Origin: Felis catus
Taxonomy: Eukaryota
Assembly: GCF_018350175.1 (NCBI RefSeq)
Contig: NC_058368.1
Location: 19,160,001 to 19,224,000 of the forward strand
DNA: 64,000 nt
Direction: 5' to 3'
Of this stretch, positions 13,117-25,710 are shown piece after piece (position 1 is the stretch's first letter; each line of letters begins with the position of its first letter). Below the pieces are notes generated by a model. The model searched no databases and had not been told where the DNA came from. It saw only the letters and a list, made by a program, of their open reading frames with translations. Made by a program: the position numbers and the translations under genes.

Positions 13117-13580
13117 TTAAGAGTCTTTTATGGTTTGCCTCCCTCTCTGTTTGAAACTATTTTTCCCCTTCCCTTCCCCCATGGCCTTCTGTTAAGTTTC
13201 TTAAGTTCCACATATGAGTGAAAACATATATCTGTCTTTCTCTGACTGGCTTATTTCACTTAGTGTAATACCCTCCAGTTTTATCCACGTTGTTGCAAAT
13301 GGCAGGATTTCATTCTTTCTCATTGCTAAGTAGTATCCCATTGTATATATAAACCACATCTTCTTTATCAATTCTGCAAAGGAGAGGGGAAAATGGGTGA
13401 TGTGGATTGAGGAGGACACTTGTTGGGATGAGCACTGAGTGTTAAATGTAAGCAATAAATCATGGGAATCTACCCCCAAAACTAAGAGCACACTGGGTAC
13501 ACTGTAGGTTAGCTAACTTAACAATAAATTATATTAATAATAATAAAATAAAATGAAATGAGAAGAGCTCCCCCCAGAAA
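13117..13580. mobile_element. Short 5'-inverted (twin-primed) L1 3' end, TSD agaaatgaggcttta
   Basis: ~13117-13370 is L1 3' sequence on minus; ~13375-13560 is the terminal 3'UTR on plus. Confidence 0.85.
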
Positions 13581-14062
13581 GAAATGAGGCTTTATATGGG
13601 ATGCTAATAACTACCTTAAGCCTATGAAAATTTATGCATCAATCTATAAGAAGTTCTTTGCTATCACTCTAAACCCAGTGTGTAACAGCCTTTTGTAGTA
13701 GAATTTATTTCAAACTCAACTTCAGTTTGGAGGAAACAATCCCTCTTATCCATTTAAATTCCTGATTCTGAGGCCCTTCCCTCTTCTCCTGACTTTCATC
13801 TAAGGGTTTGGCTCCTGCTAAGAGAAACAAATCCATTCAGAGGAAGAAGCATTCCTCTTGGGCCCTCCTCTTTTAGATTTAACTAAATTTAAAAGAAGTT
13901 ACCTAGATATACTACAGTGAGAGAACTTAGGAGCAGTATTGAAGATACTCTATTGCTGTGGATACTCCCGAGAAGGTTTTTTACAAATATTAATCTCTCT
14001 ATTGTTTTATGTATTTGTTGAGATTATACATACAATTTTAAATTTATGCATTCATATCTCAC

Positions 14063-14116
14063 ATTTCATTGGTGGATTCCTCATAGTTTTCTAATGTCAG
14101 TTCATTCTGGGCATGG
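14063..14116 (-). CDS. TPTE2: 54-nt repeat exon: HAQNELTLENYEESTNE
   Basis: tttgattctttag| acceptor, AT|gtgaga donor; only the phase-2 frame is open; identical to 11851-11904. Confidence 0.75.
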
Positions 14117-15118
14117 CTAAAGAATCAAAAAGGTACATAGTCAGACACAATGTGTAATTCTAGATTTCCTTTTTTCCATTCAAATAGCTACAATTATTCT
14201 ACAGTATGAGTTGGTTGAGTTTTAAGAGTCCAAGTGCAAATCAATAATCTGGAACTTGTGTGTCATTTCATATTAGAAATGAGGGTTTATATGGTGGTAA
14301 TGATTATCTTAGGCCCATGAATAGTGAACACATCAAGACTTAGGTAAAGTGTTCTTAGTCATTACCCTAACCCAATATGTAACTACCTTTGGTGGTAGAA
14401 CTTATTTCAATTTGACCTCAGTTTATAGGTTTATAAGTACATATCCCTTTGACTCCAACTAATTGCATGATTGGCAATTTCCTCCATCCCCTGCTTACTC
14501 TTCATGCTTCATGGCTGTCTTTCCAGACCCCCAGACAGGGCTAAGTAACTAAAGACTTGAGGTAGAGGCTTCCCCCCAGTATAACAGTAGGTTTAGGATG
14601 GAGTCTCAGCCTAATACAGTAGCAGAACTCTTGAGAGTCATGGACACATCAGTCTATTATCTCCATTGTTTCCTCCTGGCTTCAATGTGCCGCCCACTGT
14701 AGACTCTTCCTTGTTCCAAATACCAATCTCTCCTCTCTTGGCTCACCCTAGTAGAGTCTCATATACAGGCCATCTGGTAATTTCCTCAGGGTTTGGCTGC
14801 TACCCACTAAGGCTAACAAACATGCTTAGAGGAAGAAGCATCCCTTTCATGACCTGCTCCTATTTTAAGTGAATCTGAAAATAATAGTTATCTACAATGT
14901 AAATGTGAGAAGACTTAGAAAAAGTGTCAGACATTCTGTATTGCTTTGGATGTTTCTCAGGTGAATTTCACAAATTCTATTTCTTTGTGTTATATATCTG
15001 TGTGTGTGCAGGTGTATGAGTGTTGTGTGTTCGTGTTGACAGGAGCATGTATATGTGTGTGTGTATATATTATATACTTATATATATATACACATATCTT
15101 TATGCCTTTTAAGCTCAC

Positions 15119-15172
15119 ATTTCATTGTCGTCTTCCTCATAGGTTTCTGATGTCAATTCATTAGGGTTTGGG
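15119..15172 (-). CDS. TPTE2: 54-nt repeat exon: PNPNELTSETYEEDDNE
   Basis: ttttcaatcctttag| acceptor, AT|gtgagc donor, open in phase 2-2. Confidence 0.75.
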
Positions 15173-16931
15173 CTAAAGGATTGAAAAGGTACATGATCAG
15201 ATACCACATATAATTCTACACTTATTTTTTTTGTTCAAATAACTGTAATTATTCTATTTTTATGAACTGTTTGATCTTTAAACATTCATGTAGATATCAG
15301 TAAATTGAACCTGGTATATATTTTTTTATTAGAAATAAGGTATTAGACTTCTGGGCAAGATGGTGGAAAACAAGGATCCTGAACTCACCTCATTCCATAG
15401 ATACACCTAGATAACACCCATATCAGTATAAATAGCCCAAAAAATAACCCAAGACTGACAGAGGAGACTCTTCATTCATAAATGTAGGGAATAGGCCACA
15501 TCAAAGAGGGTAAGAAGGGCAGAGACACAGTCAGGAGCTAAATGGACCCACAGGACTCCTCATGGGAGGGAGGGATGCTGTGGGCACATCGAAGGTAGAG
15601 AAGACTTCACACCATGCATCCAGGCATGGGAAACATGTACAGGAAAGTCAAATCACCAGAACATTAGGCTTTAAAAACCTGGTGGGGCGGGGGAGGCGGT
15701 GTATCAACCTTACTAGTTCTTAGAATCAGTAGGACTTAACACCTGGAACTTTAAAAATCAGTGGGCTTGGCTCTGGGAGAGCTGGAAGGCAATATGAAAT
15801 AAGTACCTGCCCTTAAAGAGACAGCACAACCAACAGCTTCCCAAGATAGAGCGCAAACATAGCAGTTTGTAAAACACTTGTGGTATACAGGAAGATTTAC
15901 TTACTCATCTCAGAGCATGTGCTCAAGGGAGAGGGACCTTTGGGAAACTTGTCCAGGAACAAAAGTGCTGGCAGGTGCCATTTCCCTTCCCCACCTCTCA
16001 GCCAAGTTACATGGATACCTGCAGGAACCAGTGCAGCACAAACACTCTCCACCTAGCTTGCTAACTGTGCCATGCACCCATATTCTCCTGCTGATGCTCC
16101 CCCACCATCTCAGACTGGACAAGAGTTTTCTAGGAGCGGCTGCAGGTCCCTTCCCACACTGGACCATTGTGGACCCAGTACCCCTCTCCCGCATTCTCCT
16201 GCAGACCTATCCTCAGCAGGAGTCCCTCCAAAGCTGTGTCACAAGCAGTATGCAAGCAGCCCTGACACTGACCAGCACCACTACAAAGTGACTCCTGCCC
16301 TGGGGAGGGAAAGATAACCACACACACCAGTTCAAGTGCACTGGCAGGGCAGGCCCTGCCCACCAACAAAAGCTTCTCGGGGAACAACAAGGCAGAGTGC
16401 TCTGCAGTTTGGTGCTACAGCAACTCTGGCAAATGCCTGGTCTGATCCCCTGAAGCCCATGGTGGCCACAGACTGGCCTACTAACAACACAAATAATACA
16501 CCCTGCCCACAATAGGCAAATAGAGCCATTGCAAATGACTAGGCTGAAGGCAAACACAGCTCAGTCACAACAGTAGGGCACATGTAACACACAGAAGACA
16601 CCCCTGAAGTGCCAGGTTCTGGTGAACAGGGGACACCACTGCAGCACACAACAGGACCTCTTCTTTCAAGAGCAAGAGATGTAGCTACTTTCTCAACACA
16701 TAGAAACAGACTCGGAGAGTTAAACAAATGAGGAGAGAGAAGAATATGTCCCAAATGAAAAAAAAAAGGACAAAAATCACTGCAATAGAGCTAAATAAAA
16801 TAGAGATAAGTCACATGCCTGAGAGAATTTAAAGTAATGGTAATAAAGATACTCATTGAACTTGAGAAAAGAGGTAGGACTTCAGAGAGACCTTCAAGAA
16901 AGAGAAAGAAACCATAAAAAGGAACCAATCA

Positions 16932-17120
16932 GGGGCATCTGGGTGGCTCAGTTGGTTAAGTGTCTGACTTCAGCTCAGGTCACAATCTCATGGTTTGTGA
17001 GTTTGAGCCCCACATTGGGCTCATTGCTGTCAGCACAGAGCCCACTTGGGATCCTCTGTTCCCTCTCTCTCTGTCCCTCCCGTGCTCATTCTCTTTCTCT
17101 CAAAATAAATAAATTTTAAA
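16932..17120 (+). mobile_element. CanSINE in L1 ORF1
   Basis: SINEC head and tail, TSD aaa.gaaccaatc. Confidence 0.88.
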
Positions 17121-17178
17121 AAAGAACCAATCGGAATGAAAAATTCAATAACTGAAGTTAAAAGTACACTAGAGGGAG

Positions 17179-17365
17179 GGGCACCTGAGTGGCTCAGTCA
17201 GTTAAGCACCTGACTCTTTATTTCAGCTTAGGTCATGATCCCAAGGTCATGGGATTGGGCCCCGCATTAGACTCTACACTGAGCATGGAGTCTGCTTGGG
17301 ATTCTCTTTCTCTCTCTCACTCTCTCCTCCACTCACACACTCACTAAAAAAAAAAAAAAAAAAAA
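17179..17365 (+). mobile_element. CanSINE in L1 ORF1
   Basis: SINEC head, polyA, TSD cactagagg. Confidence 0.88.
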
Positions 17366-19196
17366 CCACTAGAGGAAATAAGTACTAGAAGAAGAAGAGT
17401 GGATCAGCAACCTGGATGGGAGAGTAATACAAAGCAATCAAGCTGAACATGAGAGAGGAAAAACAAACAATAAAAAAAGGAGAATATATTAAGGGAACCA
17501 GTGCCATCATCAAGCATAATAACATTTGCATTATAGGAATCCCAAAAGTAGAAGAGAGACAAAAGGGGGCAGAAAATCTATTTGAATAAATAATAGTAGG
17601 AAAATTTCCTAACCTGGAGAAGGAAACTAAAATCCAGATCCAGGAGGCAGAGAGAACCCCCAACCAAATCAACCCAAGGAGGTCCACACCAAGACACATA
17701 GTAATTAAAATGCCAAAAAGTAGTGATAAGGGAGAATTTATAAAGAAGCAAAAGAAAAATCAAACAGTTCTATACGAAAGAAACCCCATAAGGCTATTAA
17801 CTGATTTTTCAACAGAAATTTTGTAGGTTAGAAGACAATGGCTGATATATTAGTGCTGAAAGAAAAAAACTTGCAAGCAAGAATACTCTATCCATTAAGG
17901 CCATCATTCAGAATGGAAGGAGAAATCAAGAGTCTCCCAAACAAAAGGTTAAACAAATTCTACATCACTAAACCAACCCTACAAGAAATTTAAAGGGGAC
18001 TCTGAGTGACAAAAAAAGAGATCATAAGCAGGAATAAGACAAGTAGGAAGCACAAACGCAGTAAAATTAAGTACATCTATAAAAATCAGCTAAGGGATTC
18101 ACAAAATAAAAGATGAAAAGTATGACACCATATACCTACAATGTGGGGGAAGAGTAAAAATTTAGTGCTTTTAGAATGGGTTCAAATTTAAGCAACCATC
18201 AACTTAATATAGACGGCTATATGTATAAGATGTTATATATAAACCTAATGGAGCCACAAACAAAAACCAGTAATAGATATGCAAAAAATAAAGAGAAAGG
18301 AATCCAGGTGTGTCGCTAAGGAAATCCAACTAACCATGAGAGAAAAAGGAAGAGAAGAAACGAATAGAGCAATAAAACCACTATAAAGTAACAAAACGGT
18401 AGTTAAGCACATACGTATCAATAATTACTTTGAATGTAAACAGACTAAATGCTCCTGTCAAAAGACATAGGGTGATGGAATGGATAAAAAAAGCAAGACT
18501 CATTTATTGGCTGCCTACAAGAGACACATGTCAGAACTAAAGACACATGTAGATTCAAAGTATAGGGATGGAAAGCATTTGTCATACAAATGAAAGTGGA
18601 AAGAAAGCTGGGGTGATAATACTTATAGTAGACATAATAGATGTTAAAACAAAGACTGAAAAGAGACAAAGAAAGACATTACCATAATCATGAAGGGAAT
18701 AATTCAACAAGAAGATATAACAATTGTAAATATGTATGCATTCAACATGGGAGTACCCAAATACATAAAGTAATTCATAACAAACATAAATTAATTGATA
18801 ATAATTCAGTAAAAGTAGGGGACTTCACCACCCCACTTACATCAAAGGACAGATAATCTAAACAGAAAATCAAATAAGGAAACAGTGGCTTTAGTCCAGA
18901 TGAATCTAAAAGATCTTTCAGAACATTTCATTTCATCCTAAAACAGCAGAATACACATTTTCCCCAATAACACATAGAACAGTCTCCAGAATCAATCCCA
19001 GGTTAGGCCACAAAACAAGTCTCAACAAATTAAAAAACACTGAATGCATACTATGCATTTTTGACCACAGCACTAAGAAACCAGCACATCAACCACAAGA
19101 AGAAATCTGGAAAGAACACAAATACATGGAGGTTAAATAACATGCTACTAAACAATAAACAGGTCAACCAAAATAAAATCAAAAAGGAAATTAAGA

Positions 19197-19390
19197 GGGG
19201 CACCTGGGTGGCTCAGTCAGTTAAGTGACCAACTTCAGCTCAGGTCATGATCCCCAGGTTTGTGGGTTCAAAGACCCACAATGAGTTTTGTGCTGACAGC
19301 TCAGAGCCTGAGCATTCTGTATCTCCCTCTTTTTCTGCCCCTTCCCTGCTCATACTCTGTCTCTCCTTCTCTCAAAAATAAATAAAACCT
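19197..19390 (+). mobile_element. CanSINE in L1 ORF2
   Basis: SINEC head and tail, TSD aaaaggaaattaag. Confidence 0.88.
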
Positions 19391-21415
19391 GTATAAAAGG
19401 AAATTAAGTAAGTAGCAGAAAGAGATATTAAGAAAACAGTCCCATTTACAACTGCACCAAAAATAATAAAATAAAATACCTGGGAATGAACTTAACAAAG
19501 GAGATAGAAGACCTGTACTCTGAAAACTATGAAACACCTGATGAAAGAGACTGAAGATGACAAAAACAAACAGAAAAATACTCCATGCTCATGGATTGGG
19601 AGAATATTGTTAAAATTTCTACCCAAAGCAACCCGCAGATTCAGTGCAATCTCCATGAAATTACCAACATTCTTCACAGAACTAGAAAAAAGAACCCTAA
19701 AACGTATATGATATGGAATCACAAAAGACCCCTGAGTAGCCAAAGCAATCTTGAAAAAGAATGAAACTAAAGGTATCACAATCCCAGATTTCAAGATATA
19801 CTACAAAGCTGTAGTAATCAAGAAAGTATGGTACTGGCATAAAGACAGATACATAGGTCAGTAGAACAGAATCAAGAGGGCAGAAATAAGCCCATGATAA
19901 TACAGTCAAATTAATTTTCAACAAGGAGGCAAGAATATCCAATGAGAAAAGAGACAGTCTTTTTAAGAAATGAATGGTGTTTGGAAAATTTGACAGTTAC
20001 CTGCAAAAGAATGAAACTGAATAACTTTGTTATTCCATACATAAAAATAAGCTTAAAATAGATTAAAAACCTAAATGTGAGACCTGGAACCATAAAAATC
20101 CTAGAAAAGAGCACAGGCAGTAATTTCTGGTATTAGCTGTAGCCACATCTATTTAGATATTTCCCTGAGGCAAGGAAAACAAAAGAAGTATAAACTATTG
20201 GGATCACACCAAAATAAAAAGCTTCTGCACAGTGAAGGAAACAATCGACAAAACTAAAAGACAACCTACTAAATGGGAGAAGATGTTTGCAAGTGACATA
20301 TCTGATAAAGGGTTAGTATCAAATATGGTCAAGTAACTTCAGGCCTAGGGCAGGGGCTCCATCCAATATGTGAAGAACTTATACATCTCAACACCAAAAA
20401 CCAAATAATCCAATTAAAATATGGGCAGAAGACATGAACAAACATTTCCCCAAAGAAGATATCCAAATGGCCAACAGACATGTGAAAAGATACTAAACAT
20501 CATTAATCATTAGGGAAATGCAAATCAAAGCCACAATGAGATATCACCTCACACCTGTCAGAATGGCTAAAACCAAGTATCTATTGATAGTTGAATGAAT
20601 GAAGAAGGTGTGGTATATGTACACAATGGAATATTACTCAGCGATAGAAAATAATGAAATCTCACCATTTGCAACATGGATGGATCTAGATGGCATAGTG
20701 CTAAGCAAAACAAGTCAGAGAAAGACAAATACCCTATGATTTCACTCATATGTAAAAATTCAAGAAACAAAACAAACCAACAAAGAAAAATGAGACAAAA
20801 AAAAATAATCAGACTCCTAAACCAGATTCCTAACTAGGCCAGAGGGGAGGTAGGTGGGGGGTAAAGGGGATTAAGAGTACACTCATCATGAGGAGCACTG
20901 AATAATTTACAGAATTGTTGAACCACTATATTGTACACCTGAAACTAATATAACACTGTATGTTAAATATACTGGAATTGAAAAATTGAAAAGAAGAAAT
21001 GAGACTTTGTATGGTGGTAATTAATATCTTAGGACTGTGAAAATAGTAAGCATCAAGGTTTAAGTAATGGTCTTTACTTTTCCCTAATCTCAATAACTAA
21101 CAGCCTTTTGTGGTGGCATTTATTTCACTTTAACTTCAGTTTATTAAGTACACATCCCTCTTACTCCATCTAAATGCCTGATTCTCAAGTCCTTCCATCA
21201 CCTCCTTACTTTCACCCATCATGGTCATCTCTCCTGCTTCTCAGACTGGGTGAAGCCCTACAGGCCTGAGGCAGTGGCTGTATCCACTATAGTAGTGGGA
21301 TTGAGTTTGAGGGTCACTTCACATAGTGGCAGAGCTCTGGAGGGTATGGGGCAGATTCCAGTCCACTGCCATCATTCTCCTTGCTCCAAATAGGAGTCTC
21401 TCCTCACTTGTCACA

Positions 21416-21861
21416 TACTATAAGTTGGATATAGTCCCATCAAAACTGAAATGTTGAAATCCTATCTCCTGGAACTCAGAATGTGACTTTGTCGGAAATA
21501 GGGTTGCTGAAGATGTTATTAAGATATAGTCAAACTGGTTTGGGGGGCTCCTAATCCAGTCTGACTGGATAGCCAAAGGAAAAATTTAGACACAGACACA
21601 CATACTTCACCCATGCAGAGATTAAGGTAGTAACTGGAGCAATGATGCTACATACCACAGAACAGCAAAGATTGACAGCAATCACCAGAAGCTAGGAGAC
21701 AGGTATGCACTAGATTCTTTCTCACAGCTCTCAGAAGGAAACAACCCTGCTGACATCCTGATATCAACTTCTAGCCTCTAAGACTGAGACAATAAACTTC
21801 TGTTGTTTAAACTATTCCGTTTTATGATATTTTATTACAGCATCCCTGGCAAATGAATACA
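21416..21861 (+). mobile_element. MaLR solo LTR (MLT1-like)
   Basis: Typical motifs gaatgtgact..ggaaatagggt, ccagaagctaggaga, cagaagga..caaccctgctgaca, acaataaacttctgttgtttaa, ..aatgaataca. Confidence 0.8.
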
Positions 21862-22090
21862 GCCCAATCTAGTAGAATCTCATATACAGCAATCTGACAG
21901 CTTTCCCAAGAGTTTTGGCTGCTGGTAACTCAAGACAGGAGGGCCTGTTCCTCCTCTATCCAATTAGATAAAAAAAAAATGTTAATACAGAAGTTGATAT
22001 TGCCAACACTTTAGAAAGAGTGTCCAAGAAACTCTGCACTGAATATCTTGTACTTTTATATATACATATACCATACATATACATATACAT

Positions 22091-22130
<40 letters not shown>

Positions 22131-22133
22131 CAC

Positions 22134-22187
22134 CTTTTACTGGTGACTTCCTTATCAGTTACTGATGTCAATTTATTTCGATCAGAA
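22134..22187 (-). CDS. TPTE2: 54-nt repeat exon: SDRNKLTSVTDKEVTSK
   Basis: ttttatcctttag| acceptor; donor AG|gtggtatgt (two GTs 3 nt apart); open. Confidence 0.7.
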
Positions 22188-22784
22188 CTAAAGGATAAAA
22201 TGTATCTGATCAAACACCATGTGATCCCTTACTTACTTTTTTTCATTCAAATTAGCTACAATTTATCTACACTTGATAATGTGGTTGAACCCTCAAAAAT
22301 TCTTATGTAATTTGGTTATCTGGAAAGAAGTATTTCATTTTCCCCCAGAAATTCAGCTTTATATGGTAGAAATGAAATTCTTAAGCTTGTACAAGAATCA
22401 TTCATGGATAAAGATTTAAAAACATTTCTTTACTACTGAACTGAACCCCAGTGTTTATGTGCCTTTTGTGCTTGCATTTATTTCAAATTCAACTATATTT
22501 TCATGCTTCATGAAGTTTTTCTTGCTCTTCCACTATGGGCAAGTAACTTCACGCCAGGGCAGGGGCTCCATCCAATATGATGGTGAGTTTGGGTTTAGAA
22601 CAACTAGCCTCACAAGTAGCAGAGCTCTGAAGGGTGATCTCTTAGCTCCTTTATTTTCTGCTGAGGGTGCCTCTGCTCCCTGTCCACTGCTTTTGCCTAT
22701 TTGCTTCCCAGTAGTATTCTCTCCTCCCTTGTTCCACACAAGTAGAATGTCATATACAATCACTGTGATAATTTCCCAACTGTT

Positions 22785-22990
22785 TTTAATTTTTTTTAAT
22801 CTTTTTTATTTGAGAGACTGAGTGCAAGTGGTGGAGGGGCAGAGAGGAAGAGGGAGACACAGAATCTGAAGGAAGCTCCAGGCTCCGAGCTGTCAGCACA
22901 GAGCCCAACAAGGGGCTTGAACTCAGGAACCGCAAGTTCGTGACCTGGGCCGAAGTCGGACACAACCAATTGAGCCACCCAGGTCCCCCA
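22785..22990 (-). mobile_element. CanSINE, TSD tttcccaactgtttt
   Basis: Reverse SINEC; flanking direct repeat. Confidence 0.9.
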
Positions 22991-23202
22991 GTTTCCCAAC
23001 TGTTTTGACTGCTAATCCCCAACGCTCACAAACAGACCCATAATAAATGTTCTCCCTCTTTGATCTGTTCCTTCTTTTTCTATTTAGATCCAAAGCAGAC
23101 AAAAAATTACATACAGAAGCTAACAAGCTATCATGAACAAGCCCTAATGCCACTGATGCTTCCAAGTGGTTTTCCCACCCAGATGACAGAAAATCAACTC
23201 AC

Positions 23203-23259
23203 CTATTGTTGATATTGTGGCCAGAGGACACCAAAGAGGACATTGGAGTGTTGTTATAT
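23203..23259 (-). CDS. TPTE2: 57-nt exon: YNNTPMSSLVSSGHNINN
   Basis: tttttttccctttggcag| acceptor, AG|gtgagt donor, open in phase 2-2. Confidence 0.7.
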
Positions 23260-23440
23260 CTGCCAAAGGGAAAAAAATACACAAAAAATAAAGTCAGATG
23301 ATGTGGAAGGAAATCACGCTCTTTCCTGAAAGGAATTTCAGACACGAAAAGTAAATCACACATCACAAATCCTGAAGAGAGGTGACAGAAACTGAAGCAA
23401 CAGCTTTGAGTTACCACAGTGTAACCTGTAAGCCAGCCTC

Positions 23441-23482
<42 letters not shown>

Positions 23483-23844
23483 ACACAGGTACATATTTAC
23501 TGGAAATAGAAGCAGCAATGATGATTAATATCCTTGCTTCTTTCCCAATTTCTCTGCAATTCTGGAAACTGCTGAATAAATTTGGGAAGAGAGACAGACA
23601 CACAGACAGACAGACATGAGAGTAAATGGATGGGGAAGTGGATCCAGGTAACGGTTGATGAAAGGATACAGATTTAATGGAAAGAAATGCCCAAACAATG
23701 AGAATTTCAATGGCAAGGCCAGTCCCTAGTTGCTATTTGGTAGGGTAGAAACAAGAATATGCCTAAATTTTGTTCACAAATGTTTCTTGAAAGTGGAGCA
23801 CATCATTAGAATGGCTTTTCTTGCTGTTAATCCTTTAACAACTT

Positions 23845-24125
23845 TTTTTAATTAAGGTGTAATTGACATACATTATATTAGTTTCAAGTGCACAACTAAT
23901 AATTTGTTATTGTATATATTACAAAATGATCACCATAGTAAGTCTAGTTAACATGTGTCACCTTAGAGAATTTTTTCTTGTGATGAAGACTTTTAAGATT
24001 TACTCTCCTAGCAACTTTCAAACATGCAATACAGTATTATTAACTGGAGTCACCATGCTGTATAGTACATCTCTATAACCTGTTTATTTTATAGCTAGAA
24101 ATTCGTAACTTTGGACCCCCACCAC
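23845..24125 (-). mobile_element. L1 3'-end fragment
   Basis: Reverse L1 3'UTR (aattgacatacattatattagtttca..). Confidence 0.7.
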
Positions 24126-24129
24126 CCAA

Positions 24130-24186
24130 ATAGAAGAAACAATCAATGAATTCAAATACAGGGCAGTGCAATTCATCTAATCAGAG

Positions 24187-24217
<31 letters not shown>

Positions 24218-25710
24218 GAATGAAGAAGAGTGAAGATAAACCAATGATAAAAAAAATCTTAGGGGCACAGCAAAAGCAGTACTAAGAGGGAAAGGAGTAG
24301 CAATATAAATCTACCTCAAGAAACAAGAGAAGCTCAAATAAAAAAAACATATCCTTACACCTAAAAGAAACTAGGAAAAGATTTTAAAAAGCCCAAGGTG
24401 AGTAGAAAGTAGGAAATAAAAACTATCAGAGAAGAAATAAATGGCATAGAGACTAAAAAATATCTATGTATATGTATATATGTGTAAATATATATATGTA
24501 TATATGTGTATACATGTATATACATTCTGCCTGTGTGTTTATATATCAATAAAACCAAGAGTTGGTTCTTTGAAAACATCAACAAAATTGACAAAACCTC
24601 AGCCACCCTCATTAAGAGAAAAAAGAGAGAGAGAGAGACTCAGTTAAAATCAAACAAAAGGGGAAAACTGACGCCACTGAAAAAAACAGAATTATAAGAA
24701 AATACTATGAAAAATCACATGCCAACAAATTGGACCACTCAGAAGAAATGCATAAATTCCCAGAAACATACTATTTTCCAAAACTGAATTGGGAAGAAAT
24801 AGAAATCTGAACAGGCTATTACTAGTAATGAAATTGAATTGGTAACCAAAAAATTTCCCCCAAATTAAAGTTCAGGCCAACATGAATTCACAGGTGTATT
24901 CTATCAAACATTTAAAGAAGAGCAAATTCCTATTCTTCTCAAATTATTCCAAAAATAGAAGAGGACAGAAAGTTTCCAAATTCATTCTATGAGACCAGCA
25001 TTACTCTGATACCAAAATCAAAGACACCACAAATAAAGAAAACTACAGGCCAATATCACTGAGGAACACAGATGCAAAAGTCCTGAACAAAATGTTAGCA
25101 AAATCACATTCAATAATACATTAAAATGATCATTCACCACGATCAAGTGGACTTTATTCCAGAGATACAAGGACGGTGCAATATTGACAAATCAATCAAT
25201 ATGTTACACCAACTTAACAAAATGAAGGATAAAAACCATCTGATTTTCTCAACAGATGTAGTAAAAGCATTTAACAAAATTCAACATCGTTCCTATGAAA
25301 AACCCCCAACAAAGTCGGATTAGAGGGAATATGCCTTAACATAATAAAGACCATATACGAAAAACCCACAGCTGACATCATACTTAATAGGTGAAAAATT
25401 GACATTTCCTCAGAGATTGGGAATAAGTCAAGCATGTCCACTCTCACCACTTCTACTCAACATAATAGTGGAAGTCCGAGCCACAGCAATCAGATAAAAG
25501 AAAGAAAGCAAGGAAATAAAGGAAACAAATAAGAGACATCCATATTAGGTAAGGAAGAATTTAAACCGTCACTATTCACAGATGACATAATACTATACAT
25601 AGAACCCATAGAGACTCCACCCAAAAAAAAAAAAAAAAAAAAAAAGCTATTACAAGTAATAAATGAAGTCAATAAAGATTCAGGATACAGATTAACACCC
25701 AGAAAGTCAT
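24130..25710 (+). mobile_element. L1 ORF2 fragment
   Basis: [30 protein letters not shown] remnants. Confidence 0.88.

Larger units (their letters stand above)
15345..20995 (+). mobile_element. Degenerate L1 with 5'UTR, ORF1 and internally deleted ORF2
   Basis: 5' agacttctgggcaagatgg; ORF1/ORF2 remnants; gaps near 19410 and 20575; 3'UTR; degenerate TSD agaaat.ag. Confidence 0.9.
1..23800. repeat. Degenerate tandem array of ~1-kb exon+intron units, interrupted by TEs
   Basis: Recurring ordered motifs (tctgctgaggg, tagagtctcata, ttttggctgct, atgacctg, aagttacct, tatctcac-exon-ctaaaggattaaaa, agaaatgaggcttt) around each 54-nt exon; uninterrupted spacings 963 (2209-3172), 1005 (3172-4177), 1034 (11851-12885) and 1056 (14063-15119). 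Confidence 0.9.

Noticed and set aside
1..23800. Possibility that the tandem units are a miRNA/snoRNA cluster
   Set aside because: No conserved hairpin or box C/D motif noticed; the constrained element is a splice-bounded 54-nt open exon
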